This document shows, one piece after another, positions 51,076 to 62,465 of a stretch of DNA of 64,000 bases. Source of the DNA: Neoechinorhynchus agilis (taxonomy: Eukaryota; Animalia; Acanthocephala); NCBI GenBank assembly GCA_051530055.1, contig CM121342.1, positions 9,687,480 to 9,751,479 on the forward strand, read 5' to 3'. Position 1 is the first letter of the stretch. Every line of letters starts with the position of its first letter. Below the pieces are notes generated by a model. That model saw only the letters and a program-made list of their open reading frames with translations. It had not been told where the DNA came from and made no database searches. The position numbers were made by a program, and so were the translations under genes.

Positions 51076-51349
51076 TTAAGACATGAGTTGTGTACTTATA
51101 AATTACTAACAACTAAACTGCTTTCTTGTCATTGGTATCTCGTAGTCCACTATTCTTACCTTTTTTTAGGGATTATCACTTGTTTCCTTAAATTACTTAT
51201 AACTTTAATTTCACTTACTCTTCAATCTACAAATATTGTTATTTCGTTTGGGGTCGAGAAAATAAAGATTAGGGTAGCCATCCTGACCTACCCTTTAGAC
51301 CTGAAGAAGTCCGACAAGACGGACGAAATATTTTGAAATGGAATCAATA

Positions 51350-51715
51350 AATGCGAATGCTCGCGGTGTTTCCCCGCTGCATTATGTTTTGCGGCAAAAG
51401 CATTGGTTCGCGATTATCCTTTGTTATTCTTGCCACTGGCAGACTCATTTCTTCGGTCATCGACAACGAACCATAGATTTCGACGCCGAACGCTGCAAAG
51501 ATGAGCTGTATTTGGCAACTTTGCTTCGCTCCGCAGCAATGGCGACTTTGACGGCGCCTTCGCGTTCCACATAAGACAACGCCCTTGGCTCTACTAGAAG
51601 ACGGTCACTCCATCCGGACGTCTTCCGTCGAGACGTCCTAGATTGCTTAGCTCGAGGACGTTGGGAATGTTAATGCGGGACAATACTCTGCTGATTATAC
51701 CATTGAGTGCCGTGA
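51350..51715 (-). mobile_element. Deleted CRE-like RLE fragment
   Basis: [15 protein letters not shown]...FGVEIYG...QRGNTASI on the minus strand. Confidence 0.75.
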
Positions 51716-51921
51716 AAATAATAATAAATCAATCTCTATTTTCTCAATAACCAAACAATATCCATGAACTTCTTTACAAGACTGCGTTCATGTTTGATTC
51801 GTTCCTCTAACTTGCAAGTAATGTGACCGACCTTGGATGCGTTATAGCTCTCCATCCCGATGTTTTATGCGCAAGTTAGAACATTAACAAGCCAATCATT
51901 GTCCTCGGGGTAAATTTGATC

Positions 51922-52158
51922 GTACGTTGGCGAATCCTGTCCCCGGTGTAATCGATACTCATTTATTTGAGAAATATTTCACAAGGTTTTCTTTGCCTCT
52001 TCAGTCGCCATTGATTGTAAGTTTTTTTTAATCGTGAATGCGTCTCAGTTTAAAAAAACTTACAAACAATAGCGACTGAAGAGGCAAAGAAAACTTTGTG
52101 AAATATTTCGCAAATAAATGAGTATCGATAACACCGGGGACAGGATTCGCCAACGTAC
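51922..52158. mobile_element. Near-perfect fold-back MITE with TA flanks (Tc1/mariner-type target)
   Basis: About 108-bp arms, TA-cgttggcgaatcctgtcccc... / ...ggggacaggattcgccaacg-TA, around a 20-nt loop. Confidence 0.88.
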
Positions 52159-53089
52159 AATAAGAATAAGTGTTAAAAACGTGGTTGAAAATATTTTCCG
52201 CCACTAAACCAACTTTGGTTTGACTGAAAATGCCATTTCTTAAAGAAATCGCAAATTTGTTTTTTAATGAGTTGGTTTTCGGTTCAACTGCTACTCAAAT
52301 ATGAACTGGATTGGATCTACAACAAACTAAAAAGGGGGTACATTGAGAAATGTATGAGGTAAGCTGACAATGCTTCTAATTTTCAAGTATTTTCTGAATC
52401 AAACATCGCTAATTGAAACTGGAGATATAATGAATAATTTCTTTACAGCTTACTATGGTCAAACAAGGCTAAACTATTTCAGTGAAGTCGAGCGCTAGGG
52501 CACTCGGTCCCATGGCACGGCCTGTTGACTTCGCCTCAGTAAACTTGTACCCGAGTAAAGACTTGGAAAGAGGAACTTTTTGGAAGAAAACGTAGGAAAT
52601 TTCGCGTTTTTAGAAAAAAGAAATTCTTCATTCGATACAAAAAGAGAGCTTGGACTATAAGAGTTCCCTTGAATGGTTGCGTGCTTTAATTCCGTCCTCA
52701 AAAATTAATAGAAATTTACACTTTTTGGCTCTTTTTCTCGCAGTTTGAAAGAAATTCCCAATTCTTCACTTGTGATCTCCATTAGTAAAAAAGTCAAATA
52801 GTTTACAGCCGATTTTACGCTTCTCAGAATTTGCTCGTTTTTAAATATCTTGAATTGCCCGCGAATGTTTTATCACATTTCGCTAGCCAAATTCGTCATT
52901 CTTTTCTGAAGAAAATCCATGGTCATCTCGATCGGAGATGCAATCAACGTTTTTAAACAAAAAGTTTGAATTTTATATTCAGATTTGTTCTGTTTAAAAA
53001 GTTCACCAATAATAACACTTTTTATTTGCTAATTAATAAAAAAAATGACCCATGTACCTTTGGGTAATTTCGTTGTTTATTTTTTTTGG

Positions 53090-53420
53090 AGTGGATTATT
53101 GGGTTCGGTCGAACGAGAATATCCGGTCAGTTGGGAAATTTGTGGTAATTGTTTGTAGAAGAGTTTGTGATATTGGATCCTTCTGCAGGTTTATTTCAAG
53201 TTATAATATCAGAGAAGATTGGGCAGTAACGATCCGAAGTAGAGGAAACAACCTAATCACTAAAACCAAGTAAAGAAGATTCATTCCACAGTTTAACATT
53301 AACAAAGTTAATGATTTACCCACGCTGTAGCGATGATTTTAGGGGTGGAGGTTGAAGGAGGATGAGAGGAATTGGGAATACGAATTTTATGCCCGTGTTA
53401 AAAGGGGAGGATTGGTTAAG
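53090..53420 (-). mobile_element. Short CR1/L2-like LINE fragments
   Basis: Shares caagttataatatcagagaagattgggcagt and related blocks with 3050-3300. Confidence 0.6.
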
Positions 53421-53714
53421 GATCGACGACTGCGACGACACTGTGCTGATTTAAACTTTGGCCGCTATGCTGACTGGAGTGGTGGTAGCGTTGAGAGGTG
53501 TCTTCTTTCTTTGATGAAATTTACAGAGCTCGTTTATAGAGTTTATTCATTAGAAAGAATAAAAAGTTGAAATATTTAGAATAAAAAGTAATTCTTAGAA
53601 AACTCAACCATTTTGTTGTTCAGCATTCATATAAAAGCATTGAGCGTCGTGAATAAATGACGTGGCGAAAGGAGGAAACTAAAGGTGTTTCCCTCCTTTC
53701 GCTCCATTTTCACG

Positions 53715-56026
53715 ATGAACGAAGACAAAGCTTCGAACTATAAAACGCCAATAAATTTAATCAAGGAATTATTCAAAAAAGTTATAAAGGAAACTTTCGG
53801 TATTAATGATCCGGTAGTTGATATTTTAACAGATCGCCAAACAGACTTTAAATCTTCGTGTTCCTTTTTTATTTCTAAACTAATAAATAGCGATCCTTAT
53901 GATGTCGCTAAACAAATAGCCGTTAACTTAAGAAAATCATCTAGTGGATCATTCATTGAAGAAACGAGTATTTTTGTATCCGGAAAAGGATTTATTGTAT
54001 TTGACTTGTGCAAGAAACATTTAACCAGTTGATGTTTTAAAAGGAAGGCTCCATGAGACATCATCTGCATTAGCTCAGTACTTGAGAGATCTTCTGAAAC
54101 GAAAAGATGAAAACGGAATGATCCGCTTTCCGGATCCCAATCCAACTGGACTGAAAATAATCATCGATTATCCATCTCTTATGGTTGCAAAGAGCATCCA
54201 CGCTGGTCACTTTAAAGCTGCAATAATTGGCGAATCTTTAAACCGCTTTTTAACAATACTTGGAAATCAAGTTATTGCCATTAATCATTTAAGTGATTGG
54301 CGTCCAAGTTTATCGTCATTAATTGTTCTGCTTCTTGAAAAATACGGACAACGACTCTCAACTCAATCCGCTTCCACGTTGCTTTCATTTCAAGATATTG
54401 TTAAGATCCACACCGATGCCGAAGAGAAATTCAATAAAAATATATCATTCCAAAATAAATCTCTCAAGGCACTCCGGAATTTAAGATCTTTTCGCGAGCC
54501 CGAACTGAGTGTATGGAAACTCATTTCTAATATTTCAAAACAGTATTTCCGTGAAACATTTAGCGAATTTGGGTTAAGCTCCATTAATCGCCCCGAGTCC
54601 TTTTACGTGGATTATGCAATGGAAACCATTAAGGACTTGATAAAGAAGGATTTGGTAACTGAGGAAGATGGTTGTACCATAGTTCGACCGAGGCTAGTTT
54701 TGCAAATCAAGAAGCCGATGGTATTGTTGGATGAAAACGGACATTTCACTCGAAATGCCTTGGAGCTGACGGCTCTAAGACATCGATTGGTAGAAGAAAA
54801 CGCCGATTGGGTTCTCTATGTGCTTGATTCTGGACAATCCTCGAAGTTTGACAATATTTTCAAAATTGGCAAAGCTGCTGGATGGATTGTGCCCAACGTT
54901 CATCGCGTTGAGCATGTAAAATACGGAGTAGCGCTTGAATTACCGCTCAAAAAGCTTGTCCCGGAGTCCAAGGAATCTTTACTTGTCGGTAAAGGATTAC
55001 GAATAGTTGAGCAGCCAATTATTTTCACTGAAATTACTATAAAAATTGATATAATTATTGTTTAGGTCTTCACCCGGTAAACGTTTCCAACATTTTCCGA
55101 TTAATCATCCTTTTAATAACTGACAAAATGATGATGAATCTGAAGAGGTTCGAAAGGTTTTCAATACAAAATTATTTACCGAGTGAGCCCTATTCTATTT
55201 ATTATGCTTGTTGGGATGCCCGAATTTTCAATCGAAATTGGAAAATATTTTCGCAATTTAAAGAGATTGCGAATTCTGTGCTTGTTTTTTCTTGGGTTTC
55301 AAACCATTATTCTCATATGCCCAATGGATACGATGTTCAATAAGAAGTCTGATTATTAATCGAACAAAGTTCTAGTTCCATTTCTATATTTTCTCAGCTA
55401 CTTTCGAAATTCCCTATCGTCATATAAACCTTGAAAGGTACTTACGCCCTCAATTAGATGACTTAAAAAATCATGATATAAATTATCAAGGTATTGAAGA
55501 ACACGAAAAGCAGCAAATAAAACAATTAATTATTTACGCGGCGGTCAAGTACAACAACCTATTTCATAATCGCATTCTCGACGAACCATTTACACATTGG
55601 AGAAATAGGCAAAGAAACTCTCGACATTATGACTTGCTTTACGTATTTGCTCGTGTTCAATCGATTATTTCAAAGGTTCCCAGAGGAGCAAATGAACATT
55701 GTCTTCAATTCTTAAATCAATGTGCGAGCGTTCCGGCTTTTATTTATAAAGAAGAATGGGATCTGATAAAAGCTTTAATGATGCACGAAGAAATTATTCC
55801 AAAAGTATCAAACGATTTCCTACTTCATCGGATTTGTCATTATTTCGACAAACTAACAAAAGCCTTTAATATTTTTGCGAACAAACATTATTGTTTGAAT
55901 CAACTTAAATTGTCTGATGAAATTATAGCGGTTCACTCAAACCGAGTTGCATTGGTCTCAGCAACTGAATATGTAATGCGAACGATGCTCTTTATGCTCA
56001 ACATTGAACCCCCGAGACACGTGTGA
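53715..56026 (+). CDS. RARS: Highly divergent arginyl-tRNA synthetase-like protein, 3 exons
   Basis: GFI.F N-domain end, HAGH, IIGESL.R, ESFY, YV.D.GQ, VKY..L.HNR, LLYVFARVQSI and DALR-type C-terminus. GT-AG introns at about 54028-54073 and 54987-55397 (coordinates approximate). Confidence 0.85.
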
Positions 56027-56439
56027 GTATTGGAAATTAATGAATTTGTTTCTTCCTAGCATGCGATTTATAACATTGATGCTAAGATCAATAAATTCTC
56101 CGAGAAATTAAAATAAAGAAATACCCATTTCACGTATTGCAAAAAATAAAATGTTTGTGCGGCAATTAAAATTCTTTATTCTTCAATTTTTATTGATATT
56201 CTTAATAGCTGATTCTGAGTATTACGTTGATAATTAATTACAATTTTTAGGTCGTAATCTCTTTATTTTGGAACATATAAACCATTTAGTGACTTCGGGA
56301 CATAGATTAAAATTTGAATAGTATCAATATTATTTCTAAATTATAGGCGCTATAAACTTCTCAATATATCTGTCGAGTCGTATAAAAATCAGATCGAACT
56401 TCTTTTAAAGTCACCATGCAAAGTCGGTGTAAAATGATT

Positions 56440-57690
56440 ATAAAGCTATCATTTTGGGCTACAATATCCGAGATGATTGGGTAATGTGGGAAAAGGAGCG
56501 GAGGATGCAATGAATTTGGATTTCGAATGTTGGGCTCATGTTTTAGGGGAATAAAATGTGATAAAAATTGGAGGCGTTTTGGTTGTTTTATAAAAATTTT
56601 ATAAATGCATTTGTTGAGGGGGGGGAAATCAACTGCGCAAATTTTAGATGCTCTTCTATGAAGGGTTTCAATGCGACAGATTTGTGTTTGGAAGAGGTTG
56701 CAAAAGACGGGATAACCGTAGCTGAGGGAAGGTGTGATATAGCTAAAGTGAGGTAAATTTTAGTGTAATGTGCGAGTTCCATTTAAGATCTGATTGTGAT
56801 CAGAGACCCAGAATTCTGAGAGAATGAGATGTGGGGGTGAATGGGTGTTGAGGGTGATATCGTTGGCATAAAAGAAAAGTTTACAGTGAGACGAGAGAGG
56901 TTTGAGGTCGTTTAGGAAAATATTAAAAAGACGTGGTGACAGTACAGTACCCTGAAGTACACCTTTAGTGAGGAATAGACTGATAGAATAAGTAGATCGG
57001 CAGTGGATGTATTGTTTGCGATTGTGAAGATAAAATTCGAGCCAGCGGATCATCCACAAGTTAAGACCAAAATCGGAGCAGGCCCGGAGAAGGAGTGAAT
57101 GGTCCACGGAGTCGAATGTTTTCGATAAATCAAGTTGAATGAGACGGGTGACGAGCAAAGGATTATTGTCGGGGTTACGTAGGAGCGTGCCATAAATGCA
57201 GAAAATTTGGGCCGGAATCGGAATTGTAGGGCCGATAATTTGTTGTTGAGTAGTGAAAGAAGGCGAGATTTAAAACATTTTTCGATGATTTTTGAAATAG
57301 CGGCGGGTAGAATGAATATTGGACGGAATGATTCGGTGGAAATTCGATGTCCTTTTTTGGAAGAAGGATAATATCAGAAGTTTCCAGGCATGAGGGTCGA
57401 TGCCACATAAAAAGCTGCGATTAACAATGAGGATAAGAGGGTCCATGAGTTCGGGGATGATGTAGCTAAGAGCCCAGTTTGGGATTTCTATTGAGAGGAC
57501 GAATTTCGAGATAATTTCTTGAGATATTGTAGTACTTGGCAAGACGCAACTAAGGGAAGATTCGGCGAGTTGACAAAAGTTTCAGATGTGGGCGTGAAGG
57601 ATTGCGTGGTGTTAAACGTGGAGCAATGATTGTAATTTGAATCAGGGCAGAGATTCGGATTGATAGAAATTCAGAAGAGGACACATTTTA
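56440..57690 (-). mobile_element. CR1/L2-like LINE, RT region
   Basis: LDLSKTFDSVDH, GVLQGTVLSPRLFNIFLNDL, FFYANDIT. Confidence 0.88.
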
Positions 57691-58199
57691 AAAAAAGCCG
57701 CTAATAAATTCTCAGTTTTTTTAACTGAAGATGGTTCAGCATCTTGAACTGCATTGATTAAATGAAGTTCGTAAATCTCAAGACCAATGTCAGAGCAGCT
57801 TTATAGATACAACAAAAAGTTTTTCATTTCAGATTAATCAAGGTTTTTAGTTCCTGAAACCTGTTTGCGATTCTCGAAGCGACAAATAATAATGTTTTTA
57901 TAGGATTTTTGTATGTAGCTTCGATCGTTTTTGAAAATCAATCGCACTTTGAAATCCTTCCCGACTAGACAGAAACGCTACGTATTATTTGGACCCATAA
58001 AACAGTTGACAAAGTTCAGATGCTACTCGAGGACAAAATCGCTAATTCAAAGAACTTGAAGAATGCAAACATCATCAAATCGTTCAGCATTGACGGGTCT
58101 TCTACGGGAATCGCTTTTTGATTAGATACACCGTTACTTTCGCTCAACGAAATCCCGGCATTCGATGTAACAAGATTATCCATCTTTTTGAACCAATTT

Positions 58200-59520
58200 A
58201 TCGAGCCAGCGGATCTGCCACAAGTTGAGACCAAAATCGGAGCAGACCCGGAGAAGGAGTGAATGGTCCACAGAGTCGAATGCTTTCGATAAATCAAGTT
58301 GAATGAGACGGGTGACGAGCAAAGTATTATTGTCGGGGTTACGTAGGAGCGTGCCATGAATTCTCGATTTGAGAAAATCTGGGCCGGAATCCGAATTGTA
58401 GGGCCGATAATTTGTTGTTGAGTAGTGAAAGAAGGCGAGATTTAAAACATTTTTCGATGATTTTTGAAAGAGCGGTGGGTAGAATGGATATTAGACGGAA
58501 TGATTCGGTGGAAATTGGATGTCCTTTTTTGGAAGAAGGATACCTTTGGCAGTTTTCGGGCATGTGGGTAGATGCCATATTAAAAGCTGTTGTTTCTAAT
58601 GTGGGTAAAAGGGTCTATGAGTTCGGGGATGAGATAATTTCTTGAGATGTTGTAGTACTTGGTTTGACAGTAGTGTATGTTGTGGGAGTGAACGATTGTG
58701 TGGTGTCTGAGGTGGAAATGTAATTGTAATTTGAGTAAGGGCAGAGGTTCTGATTGATGGAGTGTAGAACATGTTGCAGTTCAGTTGAGGTCAAATTAGG
58801 GAAGGGATCAGGGTTGCGTAGACCAGGTCAGAGTTCGCGGGGGGGAGGAAGTTTAGAGGCAGATGATTAGGCGTCGATATTTGAGAACACTTTGTCGAGG
58901 TGAGCGTCAAGACGAGTTGGGAAGTCAATAAGTTGACGCAATTCGGAGAAGGGTCGAGGAGGAAATATATTATTGAAGTCTTCTGCAATTAAGAAATGGT
59001 GTGAATTTGTGGAGTTTATGAGCTCCATCATAAAATCAATTCGGAGCAAGATGGACTCAGGACGGGAGGCCGGAGAGTGATAGACGCCAGCAATGGTGAA
59101 TTCTCTAAGGCCGTTTCTCAAAGGAGCTATGAAATGTACTGCGATGAATTCTAAATCGGCGTTTTGAAGAGAGCCTGTCCCCCTCCTGGACGGTCATCAC
59201 GGTAGGGAAGGAAGAGTACCCGGGAAGGATGGCTGAATCGCTGTTGAAGGGGTAAGGCACATTTCTGTTAAGATGACTACGTCGGCTTTTGAGGTAGATG
59301 AAATTAATGATATTTCATCTAGTTTAGGAAGGAGGCTACGAGTACTGGAGTAGAATACGGCGGGAAGGGAATTTTAGATTTCGAAAAATCGGGGGCCGAA
59401 GTGAGGGAGATTGGAGTTGCCTAGGTCGTCGCGGGCGATAAATTAAGGAAGAAATCGTTACAAGTTGCCAATATAGAACGATTGATTATCCCAAAGAGAG
59501 AAGTCAGGGAGCGAATAGAA
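58200..59520 (-). mobile_element. CR1/L2-like LINE, APE plus partial RT, with internal deletions
   Basis: 58.8-59.35 kb nearly identical to 4480-5020; FRLISILPTALSKIIEK and LQFGFRP. Confidence 0.88.
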
Positions 59521-59769
59521 AATTTGAGTTGGGATGAGTGATAATTTTTTATATGTTTCGCGAGGAGACTATATTAGAGTTAGCGAAAACAAGAAAAAAA
59601 CACTTCATGAGAAATCAAAATTGTTCAAAAGCACAAATAAATTTAATTAGGAAGAAATGTTTAAAGCTAACGGATTCATTTTAATAATTGCGGAAATGTC
59701 ATCCGTCAAGATTTTAGTGTTCCTCATAACTTTTTGAACCCGAACGCGTTCTCTTTTTTTATTTGCAAT

Positions 59770-60820
59770 TCAAGTCTTGGTGATACTGGTAGCCAACAGT
59801 TCATTTATCCTCGTCCTGGGTACTCGTTCAATGAGCTTGGTAAGTGATTGAGGTTTTTTCTTACGAGCATTACAGTAGTTGACTTTTAGAACGGCAAATA
59901 TAATATCATTAATACGTTGAAGGTCCAAATCGACATTTATAATCCAATCACTGAGGCACTTTGTCCTCGAATGCAAGTTCCCTACAACAACAGAGGCAAG
60001 TGCAATTTCTTTAGGTGAATAAAGAAGAGGGACATCAGTCTTATAGCAGTCGTTGAGAAAGCTCCAAGCTGAAGTAAGCATATCATCGTATGACCGAACA
60101 TCTATTTTATCAACATTTAATCGGTTCAATGCGTTCGATAGAACCTTTCCTTGGACTGGTAGAGAAGGTTTCGGTGAACTCGGGACGATACTGGTCTGAT
60201 CAACCGAGCATGAATTAGTCGAATAAGCATTACCGGTTTGAACGTTTGAATTGAGTATTTGCTCGACTAACTTAATAAAAACGCGATATGGATGAAAAAC
60301 AATAAGAGAACAGTCCATAAGTTCAACCAACAGAAATTCACAGTCGTACACGTCGCTTTGAATGACAGAAAATTCGGAAAATTGAAGTATTGGTGAAAAT
60401 CGATTTCTTTTGAAGTCTAATTTTAAAGAAGAAATACGCGCTTAGACTTACAAGATTAGAGGTTTTTGCCATCGACGAACAAACTTGAAGCAGTCGAGTA
60501 CACGACAAGACAGAGAATTCGTCGATTTTACTAGCCAAAAGGAGAGAACTCGGCGAGGTCACTAGAGGATCAACGTCCTCCAACGAATATTTGACGTAAA
60601 AACGTCGAAAATAGACAATGGCAGTCGAAATTACTTGCTGGTGAAACTTTAGTGCTTCACCGACTGCTTGAATGAACTCAACGTAGACATTCAAAAGGGA
60701 CAAGTATTCCGCTTCGGAGATTTTGAGATTTGTACAGTCTTTGTATCGCATTTTGACAATGTCCGATCCACTAACCAACCAAATGCCATAATGAGAACTT
60801 TTTTTGAATGAGCCAGCCAT
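59770..60820 (-). CDS. CCNC: Cyclin C
   Basis: MAGSF..SSHY, QQVISTAIVYFRRFY, LASKIDE, CEF.L.ELMDC.LIVFHPYR and ND.YKTDV.LLY.P..IALA; one interruption near 60412-60466. Confidence 0.93.
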
Positions 60821-60838
60821 TTTGTGTAAAATGAAAAA

Positions 60839-61340
60839 TCCAAGATGATTTTCTTCGATGATTCTTCCTGATAATAAAATAATGACGAATGTTTTGTTTA
60901 TTTAATTTTAAATCTGCGTTTCATTTTAAAATATTATAAATTGAAACCAACACGTATAAAATGGAGTCCAAGACGGTTTTCTTCGATGATTCTTCCTGAT
61001 AATAAAATAATGACGAATGTTTTGTTTATTTAATTTTAAATCTGCGTTTCATCTTAAAATATTTTAAATTGAAACCAACAAGTGTAAAATGGAGTCCAAG
61101 ATGGTTTTCTTTGATGATTCTTCCTGATAATAAAATAATGACGAATGTTTTGTTTATTTAATTTTAAATCTGCGTTTCATCTTAAAATATTTTAAATTGA
61201 AACCAACACGTATAAAATGGAAAATCCAAGACGGTTTTCTTTGATGATTCTTCCTGATAACAAAATAATGACGAATGTTTTGTTTATTTAATTTTAAATC
61301 TGCGGTTCATCTGAAAATATGTTTAAGTGGAAAGTACACA
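60839..61340. repeat. About 127-bp tandem repeat, about 4 copies, abutting the cyclin C start
   Basis: tccaaga.g.ttttctt.gatgattcttcctgataa.aaaataatgacgaatg recurs four times. Confidence 0.92.
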
Positions 61341-61862
61341 CGTTCCAATTTCTTAAAATTGTTTTGATCTCTGCGTACTTATAATCGGAGTTCCTTTAAA
61401 ATTTGAATATTTTCCTTAGTTTTCTCAACTTTTTTCTACTCATGAATATGGCTAATGTGCAGGGGTCGTTTGAGAGAGAAAATCTGTGGATTTAATGATA
61501 GCCTAAAGACGAATACTACGCGTTAACTTGTGTTTTAAAATATTAAAAAACCTTCGACGTTTTTTTACGTTGGTCTTAAACAGAATAACTAAAAATTGCG
61601 CCGTTTATTGTTGCATAAGTGTTTGTTTTGCAAATCATTCAAACTTAAATAGCCCATAGAATCCTTCAGTAAGGAAAGGTTCTTAAAAATGCGATGGACG
61701 TTACGTTGTCAAGGCTGTTGCCTGAAAATTAAAGTTTTTAAAAGATAAGAAGGAGCTTTACGTTCGAAGGTATCCAGATTGTGAGATATATTTATTATTA
61801 AGTATAAATGTGTGGCCTTTTATCACGACTGATAAAATTCAATGGCCCTGAATTGACAAATC

Positions 61863-62075
61863 AAAAAACTGGCTGAGTTTGACATTCCGTAGTAGTGTTA
61901 AGGTGTTCAAGTGAACTAATGCTCTTGATCGACGTTAAGAGTCAACTGGTTCGAATCCGTTACCACCAATGACGCACAACCAAAGGGGTGAAGTGACGCT
62001 GAAGGTAGGAAACTCACTGATGAGGCCCGCCTCCTCGGGAGGTATCTGAGAATCCGGAGGAGCGTACAAACTCTT
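61863..62075 (+). ncRNA. tRNA-like Pol III head plus permuted hammerhead-like RNA, copy 1
   Basis: Weak A box, B box GGTTCGAATCC, ACCACCA, then GGGGT-GAAG / CTCA-CTGATGA-GGCCC / GGTATC-TGAG. Confidence 0.65.
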
Positions 62076-62248
62076 AACCGTGCGTTAGAGACTATGTGGT
62101 TATATCACTTCTCTAATTTAATTTGTTTGGCGTTATACCTACAAAATAAGCCGGACAAAAAGGGACAAACTAAAATTTAATGATGATATGAAAACAAACC
62201 AACTTGCCAGTAAAACTTAAAATAGAATACAGCGCTCACCCTGAGTCG

Positions 62249-62465
62249 AAAAACTGGCTCAGTTTGACATTCCGTAGTTGTGCTGAGACGGCCAAGTGGA
62301 CTAATGCTCTTGATCCAAGTTAAGGGTCAACTGGTTCGAATCCGTTACCACCAATGACGCACCGCCAAAGGGGACGAAATACCGCTGAGGGGAGGAAACT
62401 CACCGTTGAGTCCCGCCTCCTGGAGGCATCTGAGGATCCGGAGAGATGTACAACCTCATACCGGA
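62249..62465 (+). ncRNA. tRNA-like Pol III head plus permuted hammerhead-like RNA, copy 2
   Basis: A box CGGCCAAGTGG, B box GGTTCGAATCC, then GGGAC-GAAA-TACC / CTCA-CCGTTGA-GTCCC / GGCATC-TGAG. Confidence 0.65.

Noticed and set aside
46019-56026. Alternative genetic code, stop readthrough, or genome-wide non-canonical splicing
   Set aside because: All SDA1 and ArgRS interruptions resolve with in-phase GT-AG introns, and long ORFs translate sensibly in the standard code.
62024-62075. HDV-like ribozyme suggested by GCCTCCTCG
   Set aside because: No upstream P1 partner starting with G and no P1.1 or J4/2; the hammerhead fit explains the same bases better.
61890-62352. Two functional tRNA genes
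   Set aside because: No acceptor-stem pairing, 6-nt variable anticodon loops and a mismatched T stem.
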